Positions 25,253 to 36,049 of a DNA stretch of 64,000 bases are shown here, one piece after another. The stretch lies in the NCBI GenBank assembly GCA_050291745.1, contig JBNKKI010000120.1, positions 4,397 to 68,396 of the forward strand, in the 5' to 3' direction. Source of the DNA: Gammaproteobacteria bacterium (GTDB lineage Bacteria; Pseudomonadota; Gammaproteobacteria; GCA-001735895). Numbering within the stretch: the stretch's first letter is position 1; every line of letters begins with the position of its first letter. The notes beneath the pieces were generated by a model. It was not told the DNA's origin and did not search any database. It saw nothing but the letters and a program-made list of their open reading frames with translations. The position numbers and the translations under genes are program-made.

Positions 25253-28200
25253 CTATTTAACTTCTGGGTTTTCCAGCAAATTGACTTCCGGATTATCCCA
25301 GCTACCCGTTACCTTATATTCTATTTCAACACTTTTTTCGATGGGTTTATTGAATATTTGTTGTAATAGCAATAAACCCCAACCTACTGTACTGCCAGCT
25401 GCAATAGTACCTATTAATGGTAAAGTTTCACCTATTTTCGGGATTATAATCATAGTCTGATCATAAGTCTGGTGACGAAGATTGGTTTTTCCGGCTACTT
25501 TAATTCTGGCAGAAACACTATCTAAAGAAGCATCTTCCGTTTCCATTATTTCACCTTTTATTTTAAACCTGCCCTTTATATCATCAAATTGCATTCCTTC
25601 CCTGACTACATCACCAAAGTTAAGAAATAAACGCTTTGGTAAAGCATTAAAACTTAATAAACCGACAAATCGTCCTGCACCGGGATCAACATTGCGTAAA
25701 TATCCATCATGCAAATGTAAATCAACTTCTCCTATTAAACTGGGCCAGTTAATATTATAAAGCTCTCCACCCCAGCCAATCTGGCCACTAAAATCAACGG
25801 TACTTCCTCGAATGGATTCTCCCAACCCCAGATTTTCCACTGTCTGTCCAAAATCTGATCCATTTATATCTATATGAAAAACACTTACATGCTCATTACT
25901 GATCGGCTCAAATTGCCAGCTCCCTGAAGATAACAAATTAACAGCATCACGTGAAAAACTGAGCTGCTCCACCACAAACTTATTGCTTTCTGTTCTGGTA
26001 CTCAAAATTAAATTAGAGAAATCCATTTTCTCAAACGATAGCTGATTACTTTTAAGATATAGATTTGGCATATCATTAATATCAATATCCGTTTCATCTG
26101 TTGATTGAGGCTTTTTCAATCTCAGGTATTCAAGATCTGCTACAAATGGATCGATAACGCCCATTCTGTAAGGTAGTTGAAAACTGCCTTTAGTTAAATT
26201 CGAGGTAATACTACCTTCCAGGTTGCTACCATTATTGACTAGTTTCACACTGCTATTCAAAGCTTTCTGGTTACCTAAAATCAGTCTTTCAATATCCATT
26301 TCAAACGAATTAAGCTGCTTTAAAAATGGATCTGAATTTTCATCTTCATCCGAAAAATATTGTTTTTTAAAGCGAAACCATTCATTCATATCTAACCTTA
26401 AACAATTACCTTTAACGCTAATACCATGACGATTTTTAATATCATTATCCTGTCCTATAGCAATATTTAACCAGTGCAAATCTTCAACATCTCCAGCGGA
26501 AAATGTCATCGCAGCAGCCACATGAAAATTATTACCCAGCGAAAGATCAAACTGATAATCGCCTTTTTCAAATAATTTTGCTTTATAGCTTAATGGTCGT
26601 TGCAAGCTCTTAGATAAATAAAAAGGTTGAGGAAAATCCAGCTGAGTGCCTGCTAAATTTGAAGCAGCAGAAATTTCCAGTAAGGCATTTTCATCTGTCG
26701 GCTGGTGCGCAACAGAAATAGATACGCCCCATGGACTATGTCCCAATACGGGTTGTTTTAAATAATCAGGTGCTAACTCCAATAAATTGCGACTTTCAAT
26801 ACTGCCACTTACATGAAGATTCGTCCTCTTTCTACTTTTATCAGGAACAGCACTGAGTTGAATTTCATCACCATAAAATAAACCGGTTATTTTATCAGTA
26901 TGAATTTTTTCATCCTCAATATCGATTATTCCATTTAATTTTTTTAAATTAATCATCCATTCAGGAATATCTATTTCCACATCCTTTAAATCCGCAATAG
27001 CCGTTATTTTGGTCGTTTTTTTTATATTTTCGGAAAGTGGAATATTAATGTTAAGCTCACTATTCACATGCCCACCCAGTTTTACCGCTTTTGCTTCTAC
27101 ATCATCAAAAACATTAAGTATAGGTAAGCTACTCAATGCACTTAATAAATTCTTTGTGCGATTTCTACTATTTGCTTTAATAAATAAATTTGCAGACAGT
27201 AAGTTGGGAATTGATAAATTGAGTTGATCAATATTAGTGCTTGAAAATTTTATATTTTTAAAGCCAGCGTCAATAGCCGTATTATTAAACTCCAGCCAAC
27301 CATTTGCCTGGCGGGCTATGGGCCAGTCAGCCAGATAATCTGTTTCTGCATTCTTTACATTTACTCGCGCAAAAACAACACCAGAATTCTTTTTTACAAA
27401 TATTGACGGGGTTTCAAAACGCCCATGATATAAAATTTCAGCATGCTTAATATCACCGGATATAAAAGATTTATCTAACCAGTTAACCACGGTTTCCGGC
27501 ATAATTTCCACTGGCAAATATTTAGGCATCGACTTAACTTTTGCATTTTCAGCTTTGGCACGTATATATATAAAAGGATCCTCACCCTGTTCAGATTGAA
27601 TATTCATCCTGCCCTGGATTTGTGCGTCACGATTAATGGCTGAAAAACTTTCATTCTCTATCAGGATTTTTGAATCCTTTATATAAACAAAGGAATTAGC
27701 TTTGAGTGCATCCAGCCTGATCGGGGAACGAAACAGGCTTCCAAAATCAAGGCTTAACTGTTTCGCATCAATAGTAATCTGACTTTGACCCTGAGAAGAA
27801 ACAAGTGACCCGGAAAGTCCATTGATAGCGGGAATAGAGCCAAATCTGTCTGAATTAAACCCGCTAAAATCAAAACCAATGATAGATTGTACAGGGTTAA
27901 TTACATCCAGCTCAGCAACCACATTTCTAACTGTGGCAACCGGGTTGACTTTAGCCAGTAACTTTAATACTGACTGGTCACTGATTAAATTACGAAGAAT
28001 ACTATTTAGAAAAGATAAATTGATATTGTCGACCCATAACTGAGGCAGATCACCCTTTTTGCTAATCAGCATTTGAGTATTGATATCAGCCAGGATTTGT
28101 TCTTTTTGACGTAACTTTTCAAATTTCGTATCAACTCGCCATAAATCATTTTCAACTTTTGCTTTTTGTAAAAATGAGAAATTTAATGTCTGAGTTGAAT

Positions 28201-29047
28201 CTTCAACTTTATTAAAAGCCAGCTCCTCTACTCTGGCTTTAGTGATCACCTGAGTCGGGCTAAAATAATTAAGATCAGCCCAGCTTTGTAGAGATATAAT
28301 TGCCTGGTAAAGGGGGATTTTTTCCACCGAAGTCAATTGAAAGAGACTGGGGAGATCAAGACCATCGGCTTTTACATATAATTGCTGATTAACCGCATCC
28401 CCTTTCAGAAAAAACTGGATATTACTACCAAGACTGGATGGTAAGCGTGAAAAGAATTCTAATGAAAGATCTTCCAGCTTTCGACTTGATCTTAATTTAC
28501 TGCCCTGAATAAAGTAATCGTCCTGATGGCGCAGATCACGTAACTGTATCAATCCTATATCAATATTGACAAATGATGGAAGTCTCTGGAAAAACTCAAA
28601 TATTCCCAGCTTTGAATTACCGATACCACCAGCTGTAAGAGGAATATCGTTTAACCACCAACCACCTTTTACATCCCTTACTAACACCAGCTTTTCAATA
28701 TTGGCATAAAATGATTCGAGTTTTAAATCACCACTGAGCAAGCTGGGAATCAGCTTAACTCGAAGTGATAACTCATTCACAGATAAAGAATGGGATCGAC
28801 CTGGAATACTAAGTGAAGCACCTTTGATTTTTAAATAGGGTTGTATACCCTGCCAGTGCCCTTCTATATTATTGAGATCAACTCCCTTGATGCCATAATC
28901 TGTAAGTTGCTGCTCAATTGCTAATTTAAAATAGGATACATTACTGAGTAAGGTACGACCGGTAAGACTTAAAATTGCAATACAGAACAGAAAAACCAGA
29001 AGAGTCCACTTACTGTATTGATAGATTTTATTTATGACTGCTTTCAT
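25253..29047 (-). CDS. yhdP: YhdP-like AsmA-family large inner-membrane protein
   Basis: 1264 aa (E. coli YhdP is about 1266 aa). It has an N-terminal TM anchor and sits between tldD and rng as in Enterobacteriaceae. Confidence 0.8.
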   Translation of the reverse strand: MKAVINKIYQYSKWTLLVFLFCIAILSLTGRTLLSNVSYFKLAIEQQLTDYGIKGVDLNNIEGHWQGIQPYLKIKGASLSIPGRSHSLSVNELSLRVKLIPSLLSGDLKLESFYANIEKLVLVRDVKGGWWLNDIPLTAGGIGNSKLGIFEFFQRLPSFVNIDIGLIQLRDLRHQDDYFIQGSKLRSSRKLEDLSLEFFSRLPSSLGSNIQFFLKGDAVNQQLYVKADGLDLPSLFQLTSVEKIPLYQAIISLQSWADLNYFSPTQVITKARVEELAFNKVEDSTQTLNFSFLQKAKVENDLWRVDTKFEKLRQKEQILADINTQMLISKKGDLPQLWVDNINLSFLNSILRNLISDQSVLKLLAKVNPVATVRNVVAELDVINPVQSIIGFDFSGFNSDRFGSIPAINGLSGSLVSSQGQSQITIDAKQLSLDFGSLFRSPIRLDALKANSFVYIKDSKILIENESFSAINRDAQIQGRMNIQSEQGEDPFIYIRAKAENAKVKSMPKYLPVEIMPETVVNWLDKSFISGDIKHAEILYHGRFETPSIFVKKNSGVVFARVNVKNAETDYLADWPIARQANGWLEFNNTAIDAGFKNIKFSSTNIDQLNLSIPNLLSANLFIKANSRNRTKNLLSALSSLPILNVFDDVEAKAVKLGGHVNSELNINIPLSENIKKTTKITAIADLKDVEIDIPEWMINLKKLNGIIDIEDEKIHTDKITGLFYGDEIQLSAVPDKSRKRTNLHVSGSIESRNLLELAPDYLKQPVLGHSPWGVSISVAHQPTDENALLEISAASNLAGTQLDFPQPFYLSKSLQRPLSYKAKLFEKGDYQFDLSLGNNFHVAAAMTFSAGDVEDLHWLNIAIGQDNDIKNRHGISVKGNCLRLDMNEWFRFKKQYFSDEDENSDPFLKQLNSFEMDIERLILGNQKALNSSVKLVNNGSNLEGSITSNLTKGSFQLPYRMGVIDPFVADLEYLRLKKPQSTDETDIDINDMPNLYLKSNQLSFEKMDFSNLILSTRTESNKFVVEQLSFSRDAVNLLSSGSWQFEPISNEHVSVFHIDINGSDFGQTVENLGLGESIRGSTVDFSGQIGWGGELYNINWPSLIGEVDLHLHDGYLRNVDPGAGRFVGLLSFNALPKRLFLNFGDVVREGMQFDDIKGRFKIKGEIMETEDASLDSVSARIKVAGKTNLRHQTYDQTMIIIPKIGETLPLIGTIAAGSTVGWGLLLLQQIFNKPIEKSVEIEYKVTGSWDNPEVNLLENPEVK

Positions 29048-29085
29048 TAATACGAGCTTGTCGATGAAGACTTCCAGCAGAAGTC

Positions 29086-30558
29086 TTAAACCGGCACTAC
29101 ATCATAATTTTCCTGCGAATAATAACTTTCGACCTGAAGTTTCACTGGAATTTTAATAAATGTTTCCAGTTCTGCCAAACTGGTAGCCTCTTCATCCAGC
29201 AACATATCAATCACATCCTGATTAGCCATCACTAATAATTGCTGTGCTTCATCATAGACTCTAGCTTCACGTAAAATCTCGCGAAAAATTTCATAACATA
29301 CCGTCTCTACAGTTTTATGAGCTCCTCTCCCACCACAGGTAGCACAGGTTTCACATAGAATATGCTCCAGACTTTCACGCGTCCTTTTTCGTGTCATTTC
29401 AACCAGCCCTAATGGAGAAACATCACAAACCTGCGTTTTTGCATGATCCTTATCCAGGTATTTTTCCAGAGATTTCAATACCTGACGCTTATGATCTTCG
29501 GTAACCATATCTATAAAATCTATGATAATAATGCCGCCCAGATTACGCAGGCGTAATTGTCGAGCAATTGCCTGTGAAGCTTCCATATTAGTTTTAAAAA
29601 TGGTTTCTTCCAGATTTTGATGCCCGACAAACGCACCCGTATTAATATCAATAGTTGTCATTGCTTCAGTTTGATCGATAATGAGATATCCACCAGATTT
29701 CAGCTCTACTTTACGCCCTAAAGCACGTTGTACTTCATCGTCAATATTATACAGATCAAACAATGGACGATCACCGGGATAATGTTCTATCTTACAGGGT
29801 AAATCAGGAATATATTTTTTCGAAAAGCTCTTCAACTTTTGATATGTTTCACGAGAGTCGACCCTCACTATATCAGTTGCATTTCCTACCATATCTCTTA
29901 ATGTTCTGACTGCCAGAGGTAAATCTTCGTGTATCACACTACCGGGTTTAGCTGTTTTAGCCTGTTCCTGAACACTATCCCATAGCTTGCATAAAAAATT
30001 TATATCACGATTTAACTCTTCATCAACAACACCCTCTGCTGCTGTTCTGACAATACAGCCACCATTTTGATTTTCAGTCATACAATTGGACAATAATGAT
30101 CGTAGTCGTTCACGTTCTTCTTCTTCTTCGATTTTCACTGAAATACCAATCATAGAAGAATTCGGCATATACACCAGATAACGTGAAGGCACCGATATAA
30201 TGGTTGTAAGTCGTGCCCCTTTAGTCCCCAGCGGATCTTTCACTACCTGAACAAGAATACTCTGACCTTCATGTAAAAGTTGACTTATGGATGGCGGATT
30301 AGCTGTTTCATTTTCAGGATTATTTTGACCCAGATCGAAATCTGAGACATGTAAAAAGCCTGATCTTTCAAGACCAATATCTACAAAAGCAGCTTCCATA
30401 CCAGGTAAAACGCGATTAACTTTACCTTTGTAAATATTCCCCACAATGCCACAGTTTCTACGCCGCTCTATCCACACTTCCTGTAATGAGCCTGCTTCAA
30501 CTATTGCAACCCTCGTTTCCTGGGGTGTCATATTGATTAAGATTTCTTCACTGTTCAT
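29086..30558 (-). CDS. rng: Ribonuclease G
   Basis: 490 aa. The N-terminus (MTPQETRVAIVE...GIVGNIYKGKVNRVLPGMEAAFVDIGLERSGFLH) aligns closely with E. coli RNase G. Confidence 0.9.
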   Translation of the reverse strand: MNSEEILINMTPQETRVAIVEAGSLQEVWIERRRNCGIVGNIYKGKVNRVLPGMEAAFVDIGLERSGFLHVSDFDLGQNNPENETANPPSISQLLHEGQSILVQVVKDPLGTKGARLTTIISVPSRYLVYMPNSSMIGISVKIEEEEERERLRSLLSNCMTENQNGGCIVRTAAEGVVDEELNRDINFLCKLWDSVQEQAKTAKPGSVIHEDLPLAVRTLRDMVGNATDIVRVDSRETYQKLKSFSKKYIPDLPCKIEHYPGDRPLFDLYNIDDEVQRALGRKVELKSGGYLIIDQTEAMTTIDINTGAFVGHQNLEETIFKTNMEASQAIARQLRLRNLGGIIIIDFIDMVTEDHKRQVLKSLEKYLDKDHAKTQVCDVSPLGLVEMTRKRTRESLEHILCETCATCGGRGAHKTVETVCYEIFREILREARVYDEAQQLLVMANQDVIDMLLDEEATSLAELETFIKIPVKLQVESYYSQENYDVVPV

Positions 30559-30569
30559 AATATTTATTA

Positions 30570-31148
30570 TTAATTGTTGTTATATCCGGCTCGCTTTAAT
30601 AAAAGATCAGTTTCACACAGTGGCAACCCCATCACTGAAGAGTAACTGCCTGATATATGTTCGATAAATACCGCTGCTTTACCTTGAATAGCATAAGCAC
30701 CCGCTTTATCAAATGGTTCTTTAGATTGACAATAATACTCTATTTCCCTGTTTTCCAGATCCCTGAATGTAATATCGCTAATACTGCACTGCTGGCTAAG
30801 CTCACCCTGGCTGTCAATTACAGCAATAGCAGTTAAAACCTGATGGGTCTTACCAGATAATGTTTTTAATATTTTACAACAATGTTCATTTGAGGTGGGT
30901 TTACCTAATATTTCTCCTTCAATATGAATCAGGGTATCAGCAGCCAATACCAGATCATTATCTGTCATGGAAGTTAATAACTCCCTGCCCTTAATTGCCT
31001 TTTCTCTGCTTAATCGTAAAACCAGTTGATCAACCTGCTCATTTTCTCTGATGGATTCATCTATATCCAGTTTTAATACGTTAAATTTGACGCCTATCTG
31101 CTCTAACAGTTCAGCTCGACGTGGTGATGATGATGCCAGATATATCAT
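30570..31148 (-). CDS. maf: Maf-like nucleoside triphosphate pyrophosphatase (septum formation protein)
   Basis: 192 aa starting MIYLASSSPRRAELLEQIG. It is downstream of rng, as yhdE is in E. coli. Confidence 0.85.
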   Translation of the reverse strand: MIYLASSSPRRAELLEQIGVKFNVLKLDIDESIRENEQVDQLVLRLSREKAIKGRELLTSMTDNDLVLAADTLIHIEGEILGKPTSNEHCCKILKTLSGKTHQVLTAIAVIDSQGELSQQCSISDITFRDLENREIEYYCQSKEPFDKAGAYAIQGKAAVFIEHISGSYSSVMGLPLCETDLLLKRAGYNNN

Positions 31149-31222
31149 TAGATTAAGATAACGTTTCCAGACGACTCAATTAATTAAACCCTTATAATTT
31201 TATTATAATCACCAACTGAGGC

Positions 31223-31693
31223 TTACTCTCGATGATAAGGGTGACCTTCAACTACAGACCATACCCGATATAGTTGCTCTATAAGAACCACTCTAGCCAA
31301 TCCATGAGGCATGGTCATTCTGCCTAAGGCAATAGTTTGATCAGCCTGCTTAACTATAGCTGAATCCAGACCATCCGGCCCGCCAATGATAAAATTAACC
31401 TGAGAAACCTGCTGTAACCACTGGCGGTATTGTGTGGCCCACTCTAAGGTAGACCAATGTTTTCCTTTTTCATCCAGTGCAATTACCAGGCTTCCCGGTT
31501 TTATCTTCTGTTTTATTTTATCAGCTTCCTGCTGCTGAATTTTTTGCCTGGTCTGCCCTGATTTCCTCGAAGCTGTAGCAATACAACTTAATTGAACTCG
31601 CTGATGTTGAGGTAAACGTTTAGCATATTCATCAAAGGCCAAATCAACCCATTTAGGCATTTTCTGGCCGACAGCAATAATTTGAATATTCAT
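31223..31693 (-). CDS. rlmH: 23S rRNA (pseudouridine1915-N3)-methyltransferase RlmH
   Basis: 156 aa SPOUT-family protein in the conserved rsfS-rlmH arrangement. Confidence 0.85.
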   Translation of the reverse strand: MNIQIIAVGQKMPKWVDLAFDEYAKRLPQHQRVQLSCIATASRKSGQTRQKIQQQEADKIKQKIKPGSLVIALDEKGKHWSTLEWATQYRQWLQQVSQVNFIIGGPDGLDSAIVKQADQTIALGRMTMPHGLARVVLIEQLYRVWSVVEGHPYHRE

Positions 31694-31714
31694 AGGTCCT
31701 GCATCAGCAAATTT

Positions 31715-32068
31715 TTAAGATTTGCTTTCTGCCGCAGTTTGTTCAGACCATAGGCGCTCAATATCATAAAATTCACGTGTCTCAGGTAACATGACATGTA
31801 CAACAACATCTCCAATATCAACTAATACCCAATCCCCAATATCTTCACCTTCCACGCCTAAAGGGCTTACGCCGGCTTTTTTACTCGCCTCTACTACTGA
31901 TTGAGCTATAGATTTCACATGCCGGTTTGAGGTGCCACTTGCAAACACCATTCGATCAGTAAAACCACTAATTCCCTCCAGGTTTAAATATTTTATATTT
32001 TCCGCTTTTAAGTCTTCCAGGGCCTGTACTACAAGCGCCTGCAGATTATCGGTAGTCAATTCAGTCAT
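31715..32068 (-). CDS. rsfS: Ribosomal silencing factor RsfS (Iojap)
   Basis: 117 aa, in the conserved nadD-rsfS-rlmH context. Confidence 0.85.
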   Translation of the reverse strand: MTELTTDNLQALVVQALEDLKAENIKYLNLEGISGFTDRMVFASGTSNRHVKSIAQSVVEASKKAGVSPLGVEGEDIGDWVLVDIGDVVVHVMLPETREFYDIERLWSEQTAAESKS

Positions 32069-32081
32069 TAATTTTCAGTAC

Positions 32082-32696
32082 TCAGTTTTGATATAAATTA
32101 TGTTTCTGGATAAATTCTAACACAGGCTGAGATAAACACCCTGACACAGATTTCCCCTGTTTTAATATTTCTCGAATTTGTGTTGCCGAACAGCTATTAG
32201 GCCGCATAGTATGAAAAACAATTTTACCCGCTTTAAAATCTCTTAATGAGGTTTTATTGTGTAAATGGCAGGCAGGAAAAATAGATGTATCCTGTAAAAC
32301 ACCCGGACGGGCACAAACAATTAAATTTGCGAGTTGTAAAATTTCCTGAGGATTTTTCCAGCTTAAAAAGCTATTAAAAGAATCAGCTCCCATTAACCAG
32401 CAAATGCCTTGATGCGGGAATTGCTCTGAAATGGAATTCAGGGTATCAATTGTAAAAGAGGCTCCCTGTCGATCTATTTCAATACAGTTTAATTTCAATT
32501 GCGGATAAGGGGAAAGGGCTAACTCCAGTAAATGTTTACGAATATCCGCTGATACTTCAGGAATATCTCTGTGAACAGGTAAATAACTTGGTAGAAATTC
32601 TACGCTATCCAGTTCAAATACCTCTCGTACCTCCCTTGCCAGAGCGATATGCCCCTCATGTACCGGATTAAAAGTACCACCATATAATGCAATCAT
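32082..32696 (-). CDS. nadD: Nicotinate-nucleotide adenylyltransferase
   Basis: 204 aa. The start MIALYGGTFNPVHEGHIALAREV carries the nucleotidyltransferase (H/T)xGH motif. Confidence 0.85.
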   Translation of the reverse strand: MIALYGGTFNPVHEGHIALAREVREVFELDSVEFLPSYLPVHRDIPEVSADIRKHLLELALSPYPQLKLNCIEIDRQGASFTIDTLNSISEQFPHQGICWLMGADSFNSFLSWKNPQEILQLANLIVCARPGVLQDTSIFPACHLHNKTSLRDFKAGKIVFHTMRPNSCSATQIREILKQGKSVSGCLSQPVLEFIQKHNLYQN

Positions 32697-32724
32697 TCAC
32701 TGACTAACCTTATTGAGATAAGAG

Positions 32725-34008
32725 TCACTGTCGAATATGCCCATCACCAAAAACCACATATTTCTGAGATGTCAAACCTTCCAGACCGACCGGACCACGC
32801 GCATGTATTTTATCAGTACTGATTCCTATCTCAGCACCCAGTCCATATTCAAAACCATCAGCAAAACGGGTAGAGGCATTGATCATTACTGAGCTGGAAT
32901 CTACCCTGGCCAGAAATTGTCTTGCGCGACTGTAATTTTCGGTCACGATACTATCGGTATGATGAGATCCATGTCGGTTTATATGATCAATTGCCTGTTG
33001 CATACCATCTACCAGACGAATCGATAAAACTGGTGCTAAATACTCCGTATCCCAATCTTCAGCCGTAGCAGCAGTCATATTTTCTATCTTTCTGCTATTT
33101 TCACAACCTCTTAACTCAACCCCTTTATCACGCATTGCAGTTGCTATTTGAGGCAGAAACTGATCAGCGATAGAGCGTTCAATTAATAAAGTTTCCATTG
33201 CATTACAAACACCATAACGATGCGTCTTGGAATTCAGTGCAATATCAAATGCCTTTTTCAAATCGGCCTGATCATCTATATATACATGACAGATTCCATC
33301 CAGATGTTTAATTACCGGAATTTTAGATTCTTTTGAAACCCGTTCAATCAAGCCCTTACCACCACGGGGAATAATCACATCAACATCTTCACTCATATTG
33401 AGCAAAAGGCCTACTGCAGCCCGGTCAATCGTATTAATAACCTGTACAGCTTGCTCTGGCAGACCAGTAGAAGTTAAACCTTTTTGAATACATCTGGTTA
33501 TCGCCTGATTTGAATTAATCGCTTCTTTTCCACCACGTAAAATAGTTGCATTACCCGACTTCAGGCACAGCGCAGCTGCATCAATTGTTACATTCGGACG
33601 AGATTCATAAATAATCCCAATAACACCCAGTGGTACTCTCATTCTACCAACCTGAATTCCTGATGGCAGATATTTCATATCTGTGATTTCACCAATGGGG
33701 TCAGCCAGAGCAGATACCTGACGCAAACCTTCAACCATTGCTGCAATTCGAGCATCGGTTAACTCAAGTCTATCGAGCATAGCGGCATCAAGCCCATCTT
33801 CTTTACCCTGACGCAAATCTATATCATTGGCCTGTTTTAACTGTTCAGACTGGTTCATTATCTCATCAGCAATAGCCAGTAAAGCCTGGTTTTTCTGAGC
33901 CGGAGCAGCATTTGCCAGAATCGCTGAAGCTTCCCTGGCCTGAGCGCCAAGTTGTTGCATATATTGTTCAAGGCTTTGTTGTTGATCGATCACTGCATTC
34001 ATGTTCAT
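32725..34008 (-). CDS. proA: Gamma-glutamyl phosphate reductase (glutamate-5-semialdehyde dehydrogenase)
   Basis: 427 aa aldehyde-dehydrogenase-fold protein of typical ProA length and motifs. Confidence 0.85.
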   Translation of the reverse strand: MNMNAVIDQQQSLEQYMQQLGAQAREASAILANAAPAQKNQALLAIADEIMNQSEQLKQANDIDLRQGKEDGLDAAMLDRLELTDARIAAMVEGLRQVSALADPIGEITDMKYLPSGIQVGRMRVPLGVIGIIYESRPNVTIDAAALCLKSGNATILRGGKEAINSNQAITRCIQKGLTSTGLPEQAVQVINTIDRAAVGLLLNMSEDVDVIIPRGGKGLIERVSKESKIPVIKHLDGICHVYIDDQADLKKAFDIALNSKTHRYGVCNAMETLLIERSIADQFLPQIATAMRDKGVELRGCENSRKIENMTAATAEDWDTEYLAPVLSIRLVDGMQQAIDHINRHGSHHTDSIVTENYSRARQFLARVDSSSVMINASTRFADGFEYGLGAEIGISTDKIHARGPVGLEGLTSQKYVVFGDGHIRQ

Positions 34009-34060
34009 TTCTCATCAAAAATTAAGACTGAGTATCCAATGTTAACTAAAAATCTAATAT

Positions 34061-35071
34061 TCAAGCTTCAATAATTCCGCAAAGAGAAGTCACTAACTGC
34101 GAAAGTGCAAGCCAGTCAGCATCCACATAGAGAGGAAATTGCTGACCTTTATTAATACGGTCTAATGTAGCACAGCTTTGCAAAAATCGCTCTAGTTGCA
34201 AATTAGAAAGCCGGGATAAGGCATGAGAATAAAGCTTTTGCTTAGTTTGCCAGATTCTCAGGGATTGCCAGGTAGAAGCATTTAATTGATTATTTGTCTG
34301 AGCATGCTTTAACTGTAGTAATGTTTCAATAGTATTTTGTAAAGCATATTGAATTTGAATTGGCTGAAACCCTTCCAGCCGCAATCCCTGTAATATTTTT
34401 ACCGCTCGTTTATTTTGTCCTGCTAAACAGGCATCAACCAGTAAATAATGGGTGTAACGTGAACTTCGGGAAATACTTTCATTAATTTGTTGAAGATTTA
34501 AAGAAGCATTCGGTTCAAAGGCTAAGGCCAGTTTTTCTAGTTCCTGATCAGTAGCTAATAAATTACCTTCAGTCAAATCTGCCAGATACAACGCAGCCTG
34601 ATGATCAAGACTAATTCCTTTCGTTAAAGCCCGTTGACTCACCCAGCTGGCAAGTTGATTGGCATAAACTGGTTTAAGCTCAACGACTTCACCGGCTTTA
34701 TTAATTTTTTTTAACCAGGCACTGTTTTTAGAAGCCATATCAAGCTTTGGCATCACCAGAATAAAAACCATATCCTCTGGTTGTAACTCACAAAGCTGGG
34801 CAATATATTTTGCACCAACCTGTCCAGGTTTATTACTCGCAAAGCGCAACACCTGACATTTTTTCTCACTAAACAAGGATAAACTTTGACTATCTTCCAG
34901 TAATCCATTCCAGTCAAAACCTGACTCAACCTGATGACTGATAAATTCTTCAAAGCCTGATTCCTTTAATGTCTTACGCGCATCATCCAGCCATTCTCGA
35001 ATCAATAGAGGCTCATCGCTAGACAATAAATAAACTGATCTTGCAGAAGTTTTTAAAGATGCCGGTAACAT
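34061..35071 (-). CDS. holA: DNA polymerase III delta subunit
   Basis: About 336 aa from the internal start MLPASLKTSARSVYLLSSDEPLLI... (E. coli HolA is 343 aa). It occupies the conserved lptE-holA-nadD position. Confidence 0.7.
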   Translation of the reverse strand: MLPASLKTSARSVYLLSSDEPLLIREWLDDARKTLKESGFEEFISHQVESGFDWNGLLEDSQSLSLFSEKKCQVLRFASNKPGQVGAKYIAQLCELQPEDMVFILVMPKLDMASKNSAWLKKINKAGEVVELKPVYANQLASWVSQRALTKGISLDHQAALYLADLTEGNLLATDQELEKLALAFEPNASLNLQQINESISRSSRYTHYLLVDACLAGQNKRAVKILQGLRLEGFQPIQIQYALQNTIETLLQLKHAQTNNQLNASTWQSLRIWQTKQKLYSHALSRLSNLQLERFLQSCATLDRINKGQQFPLYVDADWLALSQLVTSLCGIIEA

Positions 35072-35213
35072 AGGTTTAAAAGTTAAATTATTATAGTCCT
35101 GATTTAATCTCAGACAATTCAGGTTTTCTAATACGGTAATCAGGATCAAAACCCTGTTAAACAGGAAAAGTCACCCTGAAATTTTGGCTAAAATGCTTTA
35201 TATAAAAGGCATA

Positions 35214-35431
35214 ATCCTGGAAAAATCAGTTGAGCGTGTAAAAGATGCGTAACAAATTGATGCGCCTGGTCTAAGTCATGGATGACTGTCGTTAGAGCAA
35301 TGCAGGAGCAATTGCCGAGAAATCAAAAACACCGTAGTCACCTGATTGGTGAAGAGTGTGTTTTTGATTTTATCAGCTGCATTAAGGTGTTACCTGGACT
35401 TTCATGATTCAACTAATTTTTCCAGGATAAT
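35214..35431. mobile_element. MITE family 2 copy, inverted relative to the 54171 copy, with terminal inverted repeats atcctggaaaaatYagttga
   Basis: The left end is atcctggaaaaatcagttgagcgtg and the right end is tcaactaatttttccaggat. The interior is the reverse complement of the 54171..54391 copy (for example gtcacctgattggtgaagagtgtgtttttgatttt). Confidence 0.65.
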
Positions 35432-36049
35432 GCTAACACAGACTGTGTAGATCTGGCATGACAAGTTATTGATTTTCTCAGAAAAGAAGAATTTTGAAGT
35501 GCACAAAAAGAAAAACCTTCAGCCATTTCTGGCTGAAGGTCAATACTCTGCTGGTATTCCCTATATAGCAGCTTCCTGCAAGGCATCCATCCTGATACGA
35601 AAGAATCCATTCATGCTCATCGAGCAATTTCATCCATTAATTTCGTATTCCATTTGTTTAATCCCTTTAAACATACTTATATAATAGTCCTATAAAAATA
35701 AATAAACAGGTAACAATAACGACAGATTACGTACGACATAACAGACCCGTTATGTAGGACATCACCTACAAGTTTACATATCCCCATAAAAAAACCCTTA
35801 ATCCTAAGAAAAAGGGTTTAAAGAGCATACCGAATGTTACTGGTAATTTTAAAAGTATCCCTGGAGGTCATCCAACCTCAAATAGTCACAAATCCCTGTA
35901 TCTAATTTTCCTTTAGTCCAAATCCTGTGGACAAGACATATATTAATGAACCTGCTTTTAATAAAATACCTTATATCTCGACCAGGTTTGAAAGAAAACA
36001 TAGATAGCATTTATAGGATTTCTCCTACATTTGAGATTACCCGGCAAAA

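Noticed and set aside
34753-34953. 66-aa ORF inside holA, and similar 60-90-aa ORFs inside yhdP, leuS, the vWA gene, the CapD-like gene and others
   Set aside because: They are fully embedded, on the same or opposite strand, in long genes with strong homology support. They are AT-rich frame artefacts.
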